DNA from: an uncultured Gammaproteobacteria bacterium
Lineage (GTDB): Bacteria > Pseudomonadota > Gammaproteobacteria > Xanthomonadales > Rhodanobacteraceae
Direction of reading: 5' to 3'
Length of the DNA: 64,000 nucleotides
Assembly: GCA_963835805.1 (NCBI GenBank)
Contig: CAWIGS010000007.1
Location: 19,855 to 83,854, forward strand
Within the stretch, counting starts at the first letter, position 1; the number at the start of each line of letters is the position of its first letter. The translations under genes were made by a program, and so were the position numbers. This document shows, piece after piece, positions 1 through 9,639 of the stretch. The notes under the pieces were generated by a model. It did no database searches, had not been told where the DNA came from, and saw nothing but the letters and a program-made list of their open reading frames with translations.

Positions 1-837
1 CGCGCGCCGCGACATCCACAACAACACGATGCCGACCATGATCAGCGGGATCGACTGGATCTGACCCATCGTCAGCCAGCCCCAGGCCAGATAGCCCAGT
101 TGCGGATCGGGCAGGCGCACGAATTCCACCGCGAAGCGGAACACGCCGTACAACAACGCGAACAGGCCGGACACCGCATAGCGCGGCCGCGGCCTGCGCG
201 AATACAGCCACAGCACGACGAACATCACCACGCCTTCGAGCGCGAATTCGTACAGTTCCGACGGGTGCCGGGCCTCGCGATTGAGTGCGCCGTGCAGAAA
301 CATCTGATGCAGTTGCGCGGTCGTCTTGCCGAGATTTTCCAGCGCGCGCGGATAGATCACGCCCCAGTCGGCATTTGTATACTTTCCCCACAACTCGCCA
401 TTGACGAAGTTGCCGATGCGGCCCAGGCCCAGGCCAATCGGCACCAGGGGTGCAACGAAATCGGTAGTGTCGAAGAAATGAATCCTGTTGCGCCGCGACC
501 ACCACCAGCCGGCGACGAGCACGCCCATCAGTCCGCCGTGAAACGACATGCCGCCGTCCCAGACGCGAAACAGCGCCAGCGGGTCGTGCACGATCCAGGC
601 CGGCGAGATGTACGTGAGCATGTACCAGATGCGTCCGCCCGCGATCACTCCGAGCATGCACCAGAACGCGAGGTCCGAGAATGCCTCGGCACTGACCGGC
701 AGGCGGCCCTGGCGCAGTCGATGAATGCCCAGCCACCAGCCGGCGAGAAAAGCGCCCAGATACATCAGACCGTACCAGTGCACGGCCACGGGGCCGAGGG
801 AAAAGGCAACGGGATTGATGTTGTCGAAGATGTACAC
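1..837 (-). CDS. lgt: Prolipoprotein diacylglyceryl transferase (3' end runs off the window)
   Basis: Not in the ORF track. The minus strand from GTG at 837 reads [26 protein letters not shown]...GGMSFHGG...[13 protein letters not shown]...RHPSELYE, the Lgt signatures. The + ORF 100..873 is its antisense shadow. Confidence 0.95.
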   Translation of the reverse strand, partial: MYIFDNINPVAFSLGPVAVHWYGLMYLGAFLAGWWLGIHRLRQGRLPVSAEAFSDLAFWCMLGVIAGGRIWYMLTYISPAWIVHDPLALFRVWDGGMSFHGGLMGVLVAGWWWSRRNRIHFFDTTDFVAPLVPIGLGLGRIGNFVNGELWGKYTNADWGVIYPRALENLGKTTAQLHQMFLHGALNREARHPSELYEFALEGVVMFVVLWLYSRRPRPRYAVSGLFALLYGVFRFAVEFVRLPDPQLGYLAWGWLTMGQIQSIPLIMVGIVLLWMSRRA

Positions 838-950
838 AGAATTCGCCGCAGAAAATCGGGACGGCAAGTGTAATGGATCATGCCGGGTTCACGCGCTCCG
901 CCCGACATTGCCCGAGTGGCCGCGTACGGACAAATTGGACTGATGCCCGC

Positions 951-982
951 AAAAAACGGACCGGAGTTGCAAGGTCCGGCCC
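951..982 (-). terminator. Putative intrinsic terminator upstream of lgt
   Basis: Minus strand GGGCCGGA-CCTTGCAAC-TCCGGTCC-GTTTTTT: 8-bp stem with one G.U pair, then a U-tract. Confidence 0.5.
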
Positions 983-1113
983 ACGCGATGCCCGGTTACG
1001 GCACTATGGCATTGACATCAAGTTTGGCTTCATCGTGGCGAAATCCACCGGCACCGATCCGCCAAATCGCGATGGATGCTGGCATAATTTGCCTTTGAGC
1101 CGAGGGAAGACCC

Positions 1114-3183
1114 GTGATGCGTCAAACAGTTCTCATTCTGCTGCTGGCCGCCAGCAGCCTGCTCAGCGCCAGCAGTCTGCATGCCGAAGAGTCCGCGCCA
1201 ACGACCTTGGCGACGGTGAAGACAACCGCGTTGCCGGTGCCCAGCGAAACGGATTTCGCCCGGCATCCGATCTTGAGCGCACCGGTGATCTCGCCGGACG
1301 GCAAGAACATTGCCATCGCCGTCCACAACACCACCAACGACGCCGACAAATGGCAACTGGCGGTGCTCTCGCTGCCGGATCTGAAATACATCAGCCGTCT
1401 GGACATGAGCGCACGCTATTTGCCGATCGACATTACCTGGGTCAACGATCACCGTCTGGTCATGGGTACCGGCGAGGAAACCGGCTTCGCCGAGGCGCCG
1501 CGCGCCACCGGCGACATCATCGCCGTGGACATCGACGGCAAGCACAAACGCCTGCTCTACAGCTACCGCTCGCGCGACTCCATGGCCGGAATATCCAACC
1601 TGCTGCGCATTCCGGCCGGCTTCGGCACGATCAGCGGCGGCCCGGAAAAACCGAACGGCCACTTTTATCTGACCGTCAATCCCGCTCCCGAAAGCGGCGG
1701 CGAAGATGCCCAGGCGAACAAGACCGAGATTTACGACATCGACTCGCTGAGCGGCAACGTTACCGAGCTGGCCTCGATCAATGCCGATGCCTACGAGTTT
1801 CTCGTCGCCGACGGCGTGGTCCGCTACACCTGGGGCGAGGACAACAATTTCAAGGAACACGCGTTCTATCGCGCCAGCGCCGACGACAAATGGACTGAGC
1901 TTCCCGCGACCGTCGTCGGCAAGAGCTTCTCGCCGATCCGGCTCAGTCCGGATGGCAAGCAGCTATACAGCATGGGCAATCCAGGAGGCGGCCCGGACGA
2001 ATTCGCCATCAGCGATCTCGACGGTGGCAACCGCAAGGTGCTCGCCTCAAACCCGCGGGTGAGCATCGCGCGCGTGTTCTGGACGCCGTATCCTCACGTG
2101 CCCTATGCCGCCGTGGCAATGGCGGGCAAGCCGGAATTCACCTGGCTGGCCGACGACAAGTACGCGGCTGCGCTCAAGGCGTTGAACGCGAAGTTTGCCG
2201 ATCACACTGTCGCATTCGTGAGCATGAGCCTGGATGGATCGAAAATCCTCGTCTATGCCAACAGCGACCGCGACCCCGGCACGTATGCGCTGTTCGAGAC
2301 GGCGACGAATAATCTGCGTCCGCTGTTCCAGATTTTGCCGTGGATGAAGGCCGGCGAGCTGGCCGAGCGCAAGCCATTCTGGTTCAAGGCATCCAGCGGC
2401 ACGGAACTGGGCGGTTTCATCACTTTGCCGCCGCATCGCTCGGAAAAGAATCTGCCGACAATTCTGATCGCGCATGGCGGCCCGATGGGCCCGCAGGACT
2501 TCTGGGGACTGGGCACGACCTGGGAAAACAACGAGGCGCAGTTTCTCGCCACGCGCGGCTATGCCGTAGTACAGGTCAACTATCGCGGTTCCGGTGGCCG
2601 CGGCTGGAGTTTTGAGGAATCGGGCAAGCGCCAGATGGGCACCGGCATGATGCAGGACATGCTCGATGGCCTCAAGTGGGCCATCGATCAAGGCTATGTG
2701 GACAAGAACCGCGCCTGCATCTACGGCGCGAGCTACGGCGGCTACACCGCCTACTTCCAGCCGGTGTACGCACCGCAGGGCACGTTCAAATGCTCGGTCG
2801 CCATCGCCGGCGTATCCGACATTCGCGTGCAGGCCGATCGCAGCGACACGCGGCGGTCGCGCGCAGGCCGAAATTTTCTGCGCGAAGCCTGGGGCATGGG
2901 TGATCCGGCCTATATCGCCGCCAACTCGGCGATCGACCATATCGACAAATTCAACGTACCGGTATTGATCGTGCATGGCGAGGACGATCCACGCGTACCG
3001 ATCCAGAATGCCAAGGAAATGCGCAACGCTCTGGAAAAGGCCGGCAAACCCGTCGAGTACATGACCCGGCCCAAGGAAGGTCACGGCTTCTTCAAGGAAC
3101 AGAACAATATCGACCGCTACAAGTTGACGGAAGCATTCCTGCTCAAGTACCTGGGTCCCGGCGCGCCGGTGACAAACCAGTAA
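1114..3183 (+). CDS. Secreted S9 (prolyl oligopeptidase family) peptidase
   Basis: Signal peptide, beta-propeller-like N-terminal half, HGGP motif, catalytic [14 protein letters not shown] and EGHGF. Confidence 0.9.
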   Translation: MMRQTVLILLLAASSLLSASSLHAEESAPTTLATVKTTALPVPSETDFARHPILSAPVISPDGKNIAIAVHNTTNDADKWQLAVLSLPDLKYISRLDMSARYLPIDITWVNDHRLVMGTGEETGFAEAPRATGDIIAVDIDGKHKRLLYSYRSRDSMAGISNLLRIPAGFGTISGGPEKPNGHFYLTVNPAPESGGEDAQANKTEIYDIDSLSGNVTELASINADAYEFLVADGVVRYTWGEDNNFKEHAFYRASADDKWTELPATVVGKSFSPIRLSPDGKQLYSMGNPGGGPDEFAISDLDGGNRKVLASNPRVSIARVFWTPYPHVPYAAVAMAGKPEFTWLADDKYAAALKALNAKFADHTVAFVSMSLDGSKILVYANSDRDPGTYALFETATNNLRPLFQILPWMKAGELAERKPFWFKASSGTELGGFITLPPHRSEKNLPTILIAHGGPMGPQDFWGLGTTWENNEAQFLATRGYAVVQVNYRGSGGRGWSFEESGKRQMGTGMMQDMLDGLKWAIDQGYVDKNRACIYGASYGGYTAYFQPVYAPQGTFKCSVAIAGVSDIRVQADRSDTRRSRAGRNFLREAWGMGDPAYIAANSAIDHIDKFNVPVLIVHGEDDPRVPIQNAKEMRNALEKAGKPVEYMTRPKEGHGFFKEQNNIDRYKLTEAFLLKYLGPGAPVTNQ

Positions 3184-3186
3184 TCG

Positions 3187-3305
3187 GTCATTCCGGCAGG
3201 GATTGCAGGAATCCAGACTGCATGGATGCGGGAAATGGAGCAACGTTCGCATACGAGCGTTGCCATCCCTGGCAACTGGACTCCGGCACTCCATGCCGGA
3301 GTGAC
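3187..3305. repeat. ~119-bp imperfect palindromic (REP/RPE-like) element
   Basis: GTCATTCCGGCA...GGAATCCAG...GCAACGTTCG-CATA-CGAGCGTTGC...CTGGACTCC...TGCCGGAGTGAC. The arms are complementary nearly end to end. Confidence 0.75.
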
Positions 3306-3365
3306 AAGCCAGTTGCAACGCCCGGCCACGTGCCGGGCGTTGCGTTTTCGGGGTACGCTGACACC

Positions 3366-5414
3366 ATGCCCAACCGCCTCGTCAGCGAAACCAGTCCGTA
3401 CCTGCGTCAGCACGCCGACAATCCCGTGGATTGGTGGGCGTGGTGCGACGCGGCGCTGGACGCCGCCCGCACGCAGGAAAAACCCATCCTGCTCTCGATC
3501 GGCTATTCGGCATGTCATTGGTGCCACGTGATGGCGCACGAGAGCTTCGAGGACGCCGCAACCGCCGCGCTGATGAACGAGCTGTTCATTTGTATAAAAG
3601 TGGATCGTGAGGAACGCCCGGATCTCGACCGGATTTATCAACTCGCGCATCAGGCCCTGACCCGGCGCGGCGGCGGCTGGCCGCTGACCGCGTTCCTGAC
3701 CCCGGACGATCACTTGCCGTTCTACGCCGGCACCTATTTTCCGCGTGAGCCGCGCTATGGCATGCCCGCATTCGTCCAGGTGCTGCGCGACGTGCGGCGC
3801 TGGTGGAACGAGCGCCGCGGCGAGGTGCGCGCGCAGAACGCATCGCTGGCGCAATTCCTCGCCGACTACGGCAATGCCGAGGCGGTGTCGGCAACACTGA
3901 CCGATGCGCCGATTCACGCCGCGCTGGAGCAGATCGCAGCCGGCTTCGATCCGGTTCACGGCGGCCATTCCGGCGCGCCGAAGTTTCCGCATTGCACGGA
4001 AATGGAATTGTTGCTGGACGTGTCGCACGAAGCCGAGCCACCCCCACCCCGGCCCTCTCCCGCCGGCGGGCAACGGGGAAAATCCATGGTCGAATTCACC
4101 CTCGCGCGCATGGCAGCCGGCGGCATCCACGACCAGATTGGCGGCGGCTTCGCGCGCTACAGTGTCGACGAACGCTGGGAAATTCCACACTTCGAGAAAA
4201 TGCTGTACGACAACGCACAGTTGCTGCCGTTGTATGCGGAGTACAAGCCTGACGTCGCGCACGACATTCTTGCCTGGCTGCTGCGCGAAATGACGGCGCA
4301 ATCCGGCGGCTTTTATTCGGCTCTGGATGCCGACTCCGAACACGAAGAAGGCAAGTTCTACGTCTGGCAGCGCGACGAAGTGTGTGCTCTGCTCGACGCC
4401 GACAAGTTCGCCTTCGCCGCGAGGCATTTCGGTTTCGATCGGCCGCCGAATTTCGAGGGCAAGGCGTGGAATCCCGTCGTCGCGATGCCGCTGGGCGAAG
4501 TCGCTGACGCGCTCGGGATTTCACTCGATGATGCCGTCGCACGACGGAAGACGGCGCGCGCCAAATTGTTTGCCGCACGCGAACAACGTGTTCGTCCCGG
4601 CCTGGACGACAAGATCCTGACCGCGTGGAACGCATTGATGATCGGCGGCATCGCACGCGCCACGCGTGCGCTCGACGCACCGCCCGTGCTTGGTCTCGCC
4701 GACAACGCCCTGGATAATTTGTACGCCAACGCCTGGCGCGACGGTCGCCTGTGCGCGAAGTCAGGCGCCGATGCGGCGCGTTTCCCCGGTTATCTCGACG
4801 ACTACGCCCTGACGCTGGATGCGCTGCTGGAAATGTTGCAAGCACGCTGGAGCGAACGCGACATCGCCTGGGCAGTCGTGCTGGCCGAAGCGCTGCTCGC
4901 ACGGTTTGAAGATCGCGAACGCGGCGGGTTTTTCTTCACCGCGCACGACCACGAGAAACTCATCCAGCGCAGCAAAAGCTGGACGGACGAAGCCTTGCCT
5001 TCCGGCAACGGCGTTGTCGCGCGCGCATTGCTGCGCATCGGCCATCTGCTTGGCGAGCCGCGCTATCTCGACGCCGCCGAACGCACGCTGTGCGCCGGAC
5101 TTTCCAGCATGCAGCAAATGCCGCAAGCCTGTTGCGCGCTGCTGCGTGCGCTCAACGATTTTATGCATCCGCGCACGCATGTCGTCGTCCGCTTCGACGG
5201 CGAGGCGGAAGAATCGAAGTGGCGCGCAGCGACGAGCGCGCACATGACGCGCCGCACCGATGTCTATTGCATCCCGATCGATGCCGGAAAATTGCCGGGC
5301 ACGCTGGCCACGCAAACGTATGCTGCCGGCGGCAGTGCGTCGGTTTGCCGTGGCACGCGCTGCCTGCCGCTGGTGACGCGGCCCGGCGAACTGGAAACGG
5401 CGCTGCGCGGCTAA
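3366..5414 (+). CDS. YyaL/SSP411-like thioredoxin-domain protein (DUF255 + six-hairpin glycosidase-like fold)
   Basis: [61 protein letters not shown]. Start reassigned from 3222 to ATG 3366. Confidence 0.92.
   Translation: MPNRLVSETSPYLRQHADNPVDWWAWCDAALDAARTQEKPILLSIGYSACHWCHVMAHESFEDAATAALMNELFICIKVDREERPDLDRIYQLAHQALTRRGGGWPLTAFLTPDDHLPFYAGTYFPREPRYGMPAFVQVLRDVRRWWNERRGEVRAQNASLAQFLADYGNAEAVSATLTDAPIHAALEQIAAGFDPVHGGHSGAPKFPHCTEMELLLDVSHEAEPPPPRPSPAGGQRGKSMVEFTLARMAAGGIHDQIGGGFARYSVDERWEIPHFEKMLYDNAQLLPLYAEYKPDVAHDILAWLLREMTAQSGGFYSALDADSEHEEGKFYVWQRDEVCALLDADKFAFAARHFGFDRPPNFEGKAWNPVVAMPLGEVADALGISLDDAVARRKTARAKLFAAREQRVRPGLDDKILTAWNALMIGGIARATRALDAPPVLGLADNALDNLYANAWRDGRLCAKSGADAARFPGYLDDYALTLDALLEMLQARWSERDIAWAVVLAEALLARFEDRERGGFFFTAHDHEKLIQRSKSWTDEALPSGNGVVARALLRIGHLLGEPRYLDAAERTLCAGLSSMQQMPQACCALLRALNDFMHPRTHVVVRFDGEAEESKWRAATSAHMTRRTDVYCIPIDAGKLPGTLATQTYAAGGSASVCRGTRCLPLVTRPGELETALRG
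4041..4079. repeat. Degenerate CCCTCACCCC..CCCTCTCCCG..CGGGAGAGGG-type palindromic repeat inside the YyaL-like CDS
   Basis: CCCCCACCCCGGCCCTCTCCCGCCGGCGGGCAACGGGGA, translated as [13 protein letters not shown]; similar to the copy at 41644-41684. Confidence 0.6.
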
Positions 5415-5909
5415 AGTACTACCGGCCGGTCCGACAGTTCGTTGTTGCGCGCCGCGCCGTCGGCGGGGAAATGCCGCGCCAGAATGGCGTTGACTGCGGT
5501 TACGCCTTCGACTGCGCCGCGCTCGAATTCGCCGGCCGCAAAACGCTTTTGCATCTGCACACAAATCGACTGCCATTCCGACTTGTCGACTTTGGCGCCG
5601 ATGCCGCGGTCGGCGAGAATCTCGATTGCACGATCGGCGAGCAGCACATAGATCAAGACGCCGCTGTTATGCTGCGTATCCCAGACTCGCAGATGCGCGA
5701 ACGCGGTGTGTGCGCGCTCGCGTGGTGTGCGGCCATGCCACAGATCACGCAAGCGGCAGCGCGCCTTCGACGGCCAAGCAGACTTGCCCCTGATGACGCT
5801 GTTCGCCAGCGACAATGACTTCCTGGATCGCATCGAGCACGCGCGGCGGAAAATGTCGGCGCGCACTGCCTTCGGCAAACAAATGGCGGAAGATGCGGGC
5901 GATATCCAT
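5411..5909 (-). CDS. TPM-domain (DUF477) protein, apparent frameshift near 5755
   Basis: [11 protein letters not shown]...AVEGALPL in one frame continues as [49 protein letters not shown] in another; typical third gene of the lemA-TPM-TPM operon. Confidence 0.8.
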
Positions 5910-5910
5910 C

Positions 5911-6789
5911 TCACCAACTCCCCGAGGCACCACCGCCGGCGAAACCGCCCGACGAACCGCCACTGAAGCCGCCGCCGCCGCCGAAACTGCCACCACCGAA
6001 TCCGCCACCGCTCCAGCCGCCAAAACCACCGCGCCCTGCAAAACCGCCACCACTGCCGCCGAGCCAACCGAGCAGCAATCCGAGCGCGCCCGCGCCAATG
6101 CCGAAGGCGGCAATCCCGGTCAGCAACCACGCGCCACCACCGCAGACCGCGCCGACCAGACCGGCGCGCGGTGCCGAGGGCAGCCGGCCAAACATCGCGC
6201 GCAGCCAGAAAGCGGCGAACACGAGCGGCAAAAGCAGGCCAAACGGATTGCCTGTGGACCGCTTGCGCCGATCATCCGTAAGCGGTGGCGGCAACGGTTC
6301 GCCGTCGATGAGCTTGGTCAACGCGCCGAGCGCGTCGTGGATGCCGCCATAGAAATCGCCGGCGCGAAACTTCGGTGTGATGTATTCGCGAATGATGCGG
6401 TCGGCGGCGGCGTCGGGCACCGCGCCTTCCAGATCGCGGCCGACTTCGATACGCACGCGGTGATCGTTCTTGGCCACGATCAGCAGCAATCCGTCCTCTG
6501 CCTGTTTGTCGGTGCGCGACAGTTTCCAGGCGTCGGTGACGCGGATACTGTACTGCGCGATATCCTCCGGCTGGGTGGTCGCCAGGATCAGGATCGCCAC
6601 GCGCGAACCCTTGCGTTGCTCCAACCCGGCAAGTTCACCTGTCAGCGACTGCACCTGCTCCGGCGTGAGCGTATGCGTCAAATCAGTGACGCGTGCGCCG
6701 AACGCGGGAATCGGTTGCAAGCCATCGGTTGCGACGGCCGTGCCCAGCGTCAGCACGACGCCGGCGAGAATTGCCAGCACCCGGCGCAT
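5911..6789 (-). CDS. TPM-domain protein (YgcG-like) with Gly-rich C-terminus
   Basis: RVTDLTHTL, DGLLLIVAKNDHRVRIEVGRDLEGAVPD, C-terminal GGFSGGSSGGFAGGGASGSW. Confidence 0.9.
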   Translation of the reverse strand: MRRVLAILAGVVLTLGTAVATDGLQPIPAFGARVTDLTHTLTPEQVQSLTGELAGLEQRKGSRVAILILATTQPEDIAQYSIRVTDAWKLSRTDKQAEDGLLLIVAKNDHRVRIEVGRDLEGAVPDAAADRIIREYITPKFRAGDFYGGIHDALGALTKLIDGEPLPPPLTDDRRKRSTGNPFGLLLPLVFAAFWLRAMFGRLPSAPRAGLVGAVCGGGAWLLTGIAAFGIGAGALGLLLGWLGGSGGGFAGRGGFGGWSGGGFGGGSFGGGGGFSGGSSGGFAGGGASGSW

Positions 6790-6804
6790 CACGCACATGC
6801 TGCG

Positions 6805-7422
6805 TCAGGGTTTCGCCGGCGCCGGTGCGGGCTTGTTGAAATCCACCGTCGGCGGGGTCGAAATCTGCTTCTCGTTCTCGACCGTGAAATTGGCTTTGGT
6901 CCGATAGCCAAACATCTTCGCGGTAAGATTCTGCGGGAAACTGCGCACAAAGGTGTTGTAATCCTGCACGGCGGCGATGTAGCGGTTGCGCGCCACGGCA
7001 ATGCGGTTCTCGGTGCCTTCCAGTTGCGCCTGCAGAGTCTGGAACAGGCTGTCGGCCTTGAGGTTCGGATAATTTTCCGACACCGCCATCAGCCGCGACA
7101 GCGCGCCGGACAACTCGCCCTGCGCCTGCTGGAACGCCTTCATTTTGGCCTCGGATCGTTCAGATCGTCGGCGCTGATCGTGATCTTGCCTACTTGCGCG
7201 CGCGCGTTCGTTACCGCTTCAAGCGTGCTCTGTCTCGTGCTCGGCGTAACCCTTGACCGTGTTGACCAGGTTCGGCACCAGATCGGCGCGGCGCTGGTAC
7301 TGGTTGACTACCTCGGACCATGCGGCCGTGACCGCTTCGTCCTTGGACTGGATCGCGTTGTAGCCGCAGCCGCTGAGCAGGCTCACGGCGAGCAGCAGCA
7401 GGACGAGTCGTTTGATGCGCAT
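6805..7422 (-). CDS. lemA: LemA family lipoprotein, apparent frameshifts near 7225 and 7160
   Basis: LSGCGYN lipobox, AWSEVVNQYQRRADLVPNLVNTVKGYA; downstream frame ENYPNLKAD...QLEGTENRIAVARNRY. Confidence 0.85.
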
Positions 7423-7454
7423 GGGAGTTGCTCCGGTTTCCGGGTTGATCCACA

Positions 7455-8216
7455 TCATAGCGTTTCGCGGCCAACGTCGCTCTCGCGCTGCTTGAGATGC
7501 TTTTTTTTCTCGCGTTTGACGGCCAAGTTCAGCACCTCGACTACCGCCGAGAACGCCATCGCGAAATAGATGTAGCCGCGCGAAATGTGGATCGCGAAGC
7601 CCTCGCCGATGAGGATCACGCCGATCAGCAGGATGAAGGCGAGCGCGAGCATGCGGATGCTCGGATTGTTGTCGATGAAATTACCGACCGGGTTGGCCGC
7701 GAACAGCATCACCATGACCGCGAGCACGATCGCGGCAACCATCACCGGGATATTGCGCACCATGCCGACAGCGGTAATCACCGAATCCAGCGAGAACACG
7801 ATGTCGATCAGGGCGATCTGCACGATCACCCACACGAATGCCGCCATCGCCGCCTGCAGCGGCGGCGGTTTGGCCACACCGTAGATGGCGTCATGGATTT
7901 CCATCGCGCCCTTGACCAACAGGAACACGCCGCCACCGATCATGATCACGTCGCGAATCGAGATGGTTTGACCGGCTACATGGAACAGTGGCGAGTGCGC
8001 ATCGTCCATGCGCGCCAGATGGGCGAGCACGACCAGCAAGGCGATACGGGTCAGGCACGCGAATCCCAACCCGAGACGCCGCGCGGCCGAGCGCCGCGCC
8101 ACAGGCAAACGGCCGACGGCAATCGAGATAAAAACGAGATTGTCCACGCCGAGCACGATCTCGAGCGTGGACAATGTCAGCAGTGCGACCAGCAGCTCGC
8201 CTTGCAGCAGATTCAT
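7455..8216 (-). CDS. TerC family membrane protein
   Basis: LEIVLGVDNLVFI, DIVFSLDSVITAVG, GYIYFAMAFS. Confidence 0.92.
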   Translation of the reverse strand: MNLLQGELLVALLTLSTLEIVLGVDNLVFISIAVGRLPVARRSAARRLGLGFACLTRIALLVVLAHLARMDDAHSPLFHVAGQTISIRDVIMIGGGVFLLVKGAMEIHDAIYGVAKPPPLQAAMAAFVWVIVQIALIDIVFSLDSVITAVGMVRNIPVMVAAIVLAVMVMLFAANPVGNFIDNNPSIRMLALAFILLIGVILIGEGFAIHISRGYIYFAMAFSAVVEVLNLAVKREKKKHLKQRESDVGRETL

Positions 8217-8258
8217 GCGATTCCGTTTTTGCTGCGCAGGCGCATCAGGCAGCCCTGA

Positions 8259-8627
8259 TTAGGCGTGCGGCCAAAGAATCAGAGTCCAGCATAACAGGAC
8301 GTTGAGCATGAGCAGGAATACCGCGGCCGAACCCAGATCCTTGGCGCGCCCTGCCAGTTCGTTGAATTCGGGGCTGACCTTGTCGACCACGGCCTCAACC
8401 GCCGAATTGAACAGCTCGGCCGACAGCACCAGGATCAGGCTGCCGCACAGCAGCGCTTTTTCCAGCGCGCCCTTGCCCAGCCACAAGCCGAGCGGAAACA
8501 GGATAATGCACAAATACACTTCCAGCCGGAACGAGGCTTCGAACGTCCAGCAAGCGCGTAATCCGCGGCCTGACCAGATCAGTGCGTTCCAGATTTGCCG
8601 CGGTCCGCGCGGTTCGGTGCTCGGCAT
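8259..8627 (-). CDS. dgkA: Diacylglycerol kinase
   Basis: EASFRLE, ELFNSAVEAVVDKVSPEFNELAGRAKDLGSAAV. Confidence 0.93.
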   Translation of the reverse strand: MPSTEPRGPRQIWNALIWSGRGLRACWTFEASFRLEVYLCIILFPLGLWLGKGALEKALLCGSLILVLSAELFNSAVEAVVDKVSPEFNELAGRAKDLGSAAVFLLMLNVLLCWTLILWPHA

Positions 8628-8705
8628 GCGTGCGACCCATTAAAAATGCGGCGTGCCACGCCGCTCTTCCTATCATGCCACAAGCGCCTATGGCATGATC
8701 AGCGC

Positions 8706-9350
8706 ATGAATCGACGCGCCCTTGCCATCACCGCCATTGTCTGCGCCGCGCTTTGCCTCGTCTCCATTTTCGCGCTCGACCGCCACATCGCACAGGCCGT
8801 GCAAGCCTCGGTGCTGGCGAGCGCGGCCGTCTTCGTGGAGGGCACGCGTGCAATCGATGCCGTTTCCGGGCGCTCGCTGCTGCAAAGCCACTTGCTCTCG
8901 GGCATTCTGCTCGGCGGCGTGTTGTTGGGACTCGGCTTGCTCGGCTGGCTGCTCGACCGACGCGGATTTCTGTCCCGCGCCCTGATGTTCACCGGTGGCG
9001 TGCAACTGGCCACGATCGGCAGTGCCTGGCTGCTCAAACACGAATTCGGTCGTCTGCGCCCGTACCAGGTGTTCGGTCACGGCGACTGGAGTCACGTCTG
9101 GTTCGCCGGTGGCGATTCGTTTCCCTCCGGCCACAATGCGTACTTCTGGGGGTTGTTTCTGCCACTGATCTATCTGTTTCCACGCTATCGCATCGTCCTG
9201 CTGATCGTGCCCGTGTTCATCGCCTGCGCGCGCATCGACATGAGTCTTCATTTCCTGTCCGACGTACTTGCCGCGATCGCGCTGGCAGCGTTGGTCACCC
9301 TGATCGCGGCGACCGTGTGCATGCGCTGGATCCGGCCTGCTGGCCGCTAG
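8706..9350 (+). CDS. PAP2 superfamily phosphatase (membrane)
   Basis: KHEFGRLRP (C1), SFPSGH (C2), ARIDMSLHFLSDV (C3). Start reassigned to ATG 8706. Confidence 0.88.
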   Translation: MNRRALAITAIVCAALCLVSIFALDRHIAQAVQASVLASAAVFVEGTRAIDAVSGRSLLQSHLLSGILLGGVLLGLGLLGWLLDRRGFLSRALMFTGGVQLATIGSAWLLKHEFGRLRPYQVFGHGDWSHVWFAGGDSFPSGHNAYFWGLFLPLIYLFPRYRIVLLIVPVFIACARIDMSLHFLSDVLAAIALAALVTLIAATVCMRWIRPAGR

Positions 9351-9560
9351 GGAACCTCTGATTAAGCGTCGCGAACGCAGGCAGATTGTGTGCCGCCGGA
9401 GCGCAGAAACCGCAGTTTACGTGCAGAGTAGATGAGGGTGAGTCGAGCGCTGCCTGGCTCGCATTGCGAGCCACGCGAGCGAACGCCCGCGCCGCTGGCG
9501 CGGTCCGGGAGCACCGCCGGCACGCACGCTGGCGAGCGCAGCAGGTTGATCAGGGGTTTC
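9351..9560. mobile_element. MITE-like element, copy 1, with ~67-bp extra internal segment
   Basis: Terminal IRs GGAACCTCTGATTAA / TTGATCAGGGGTTTC, preceded by CTAG. The core CAGATTGTGTGCCGCCGGAGCGCAGAA...GAGCACCGCCGGC...GAGCGCAGCAGGTT is shared with 27232-27374. Confidence 0.8.
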
Positions 9561-9639
9561 TGTTTGCCGCAACCGCACATTCCATCCTGCGCGACTTGGG
9601 TTACCCTGCGCGCTTCCGCCTCCCGGCCACGGAGTCACC

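Noticed and set aside
100-873. 257-aa + strand ORF
   Set aside because: Antisense shadow of lgt, which the track missed because it runs off the window.
3222-3365. N-terminal extension of the YyaL-like ORF
   Set aside because: Largely translation through the palindromic repeat; the family start MPNRL is at 3366.
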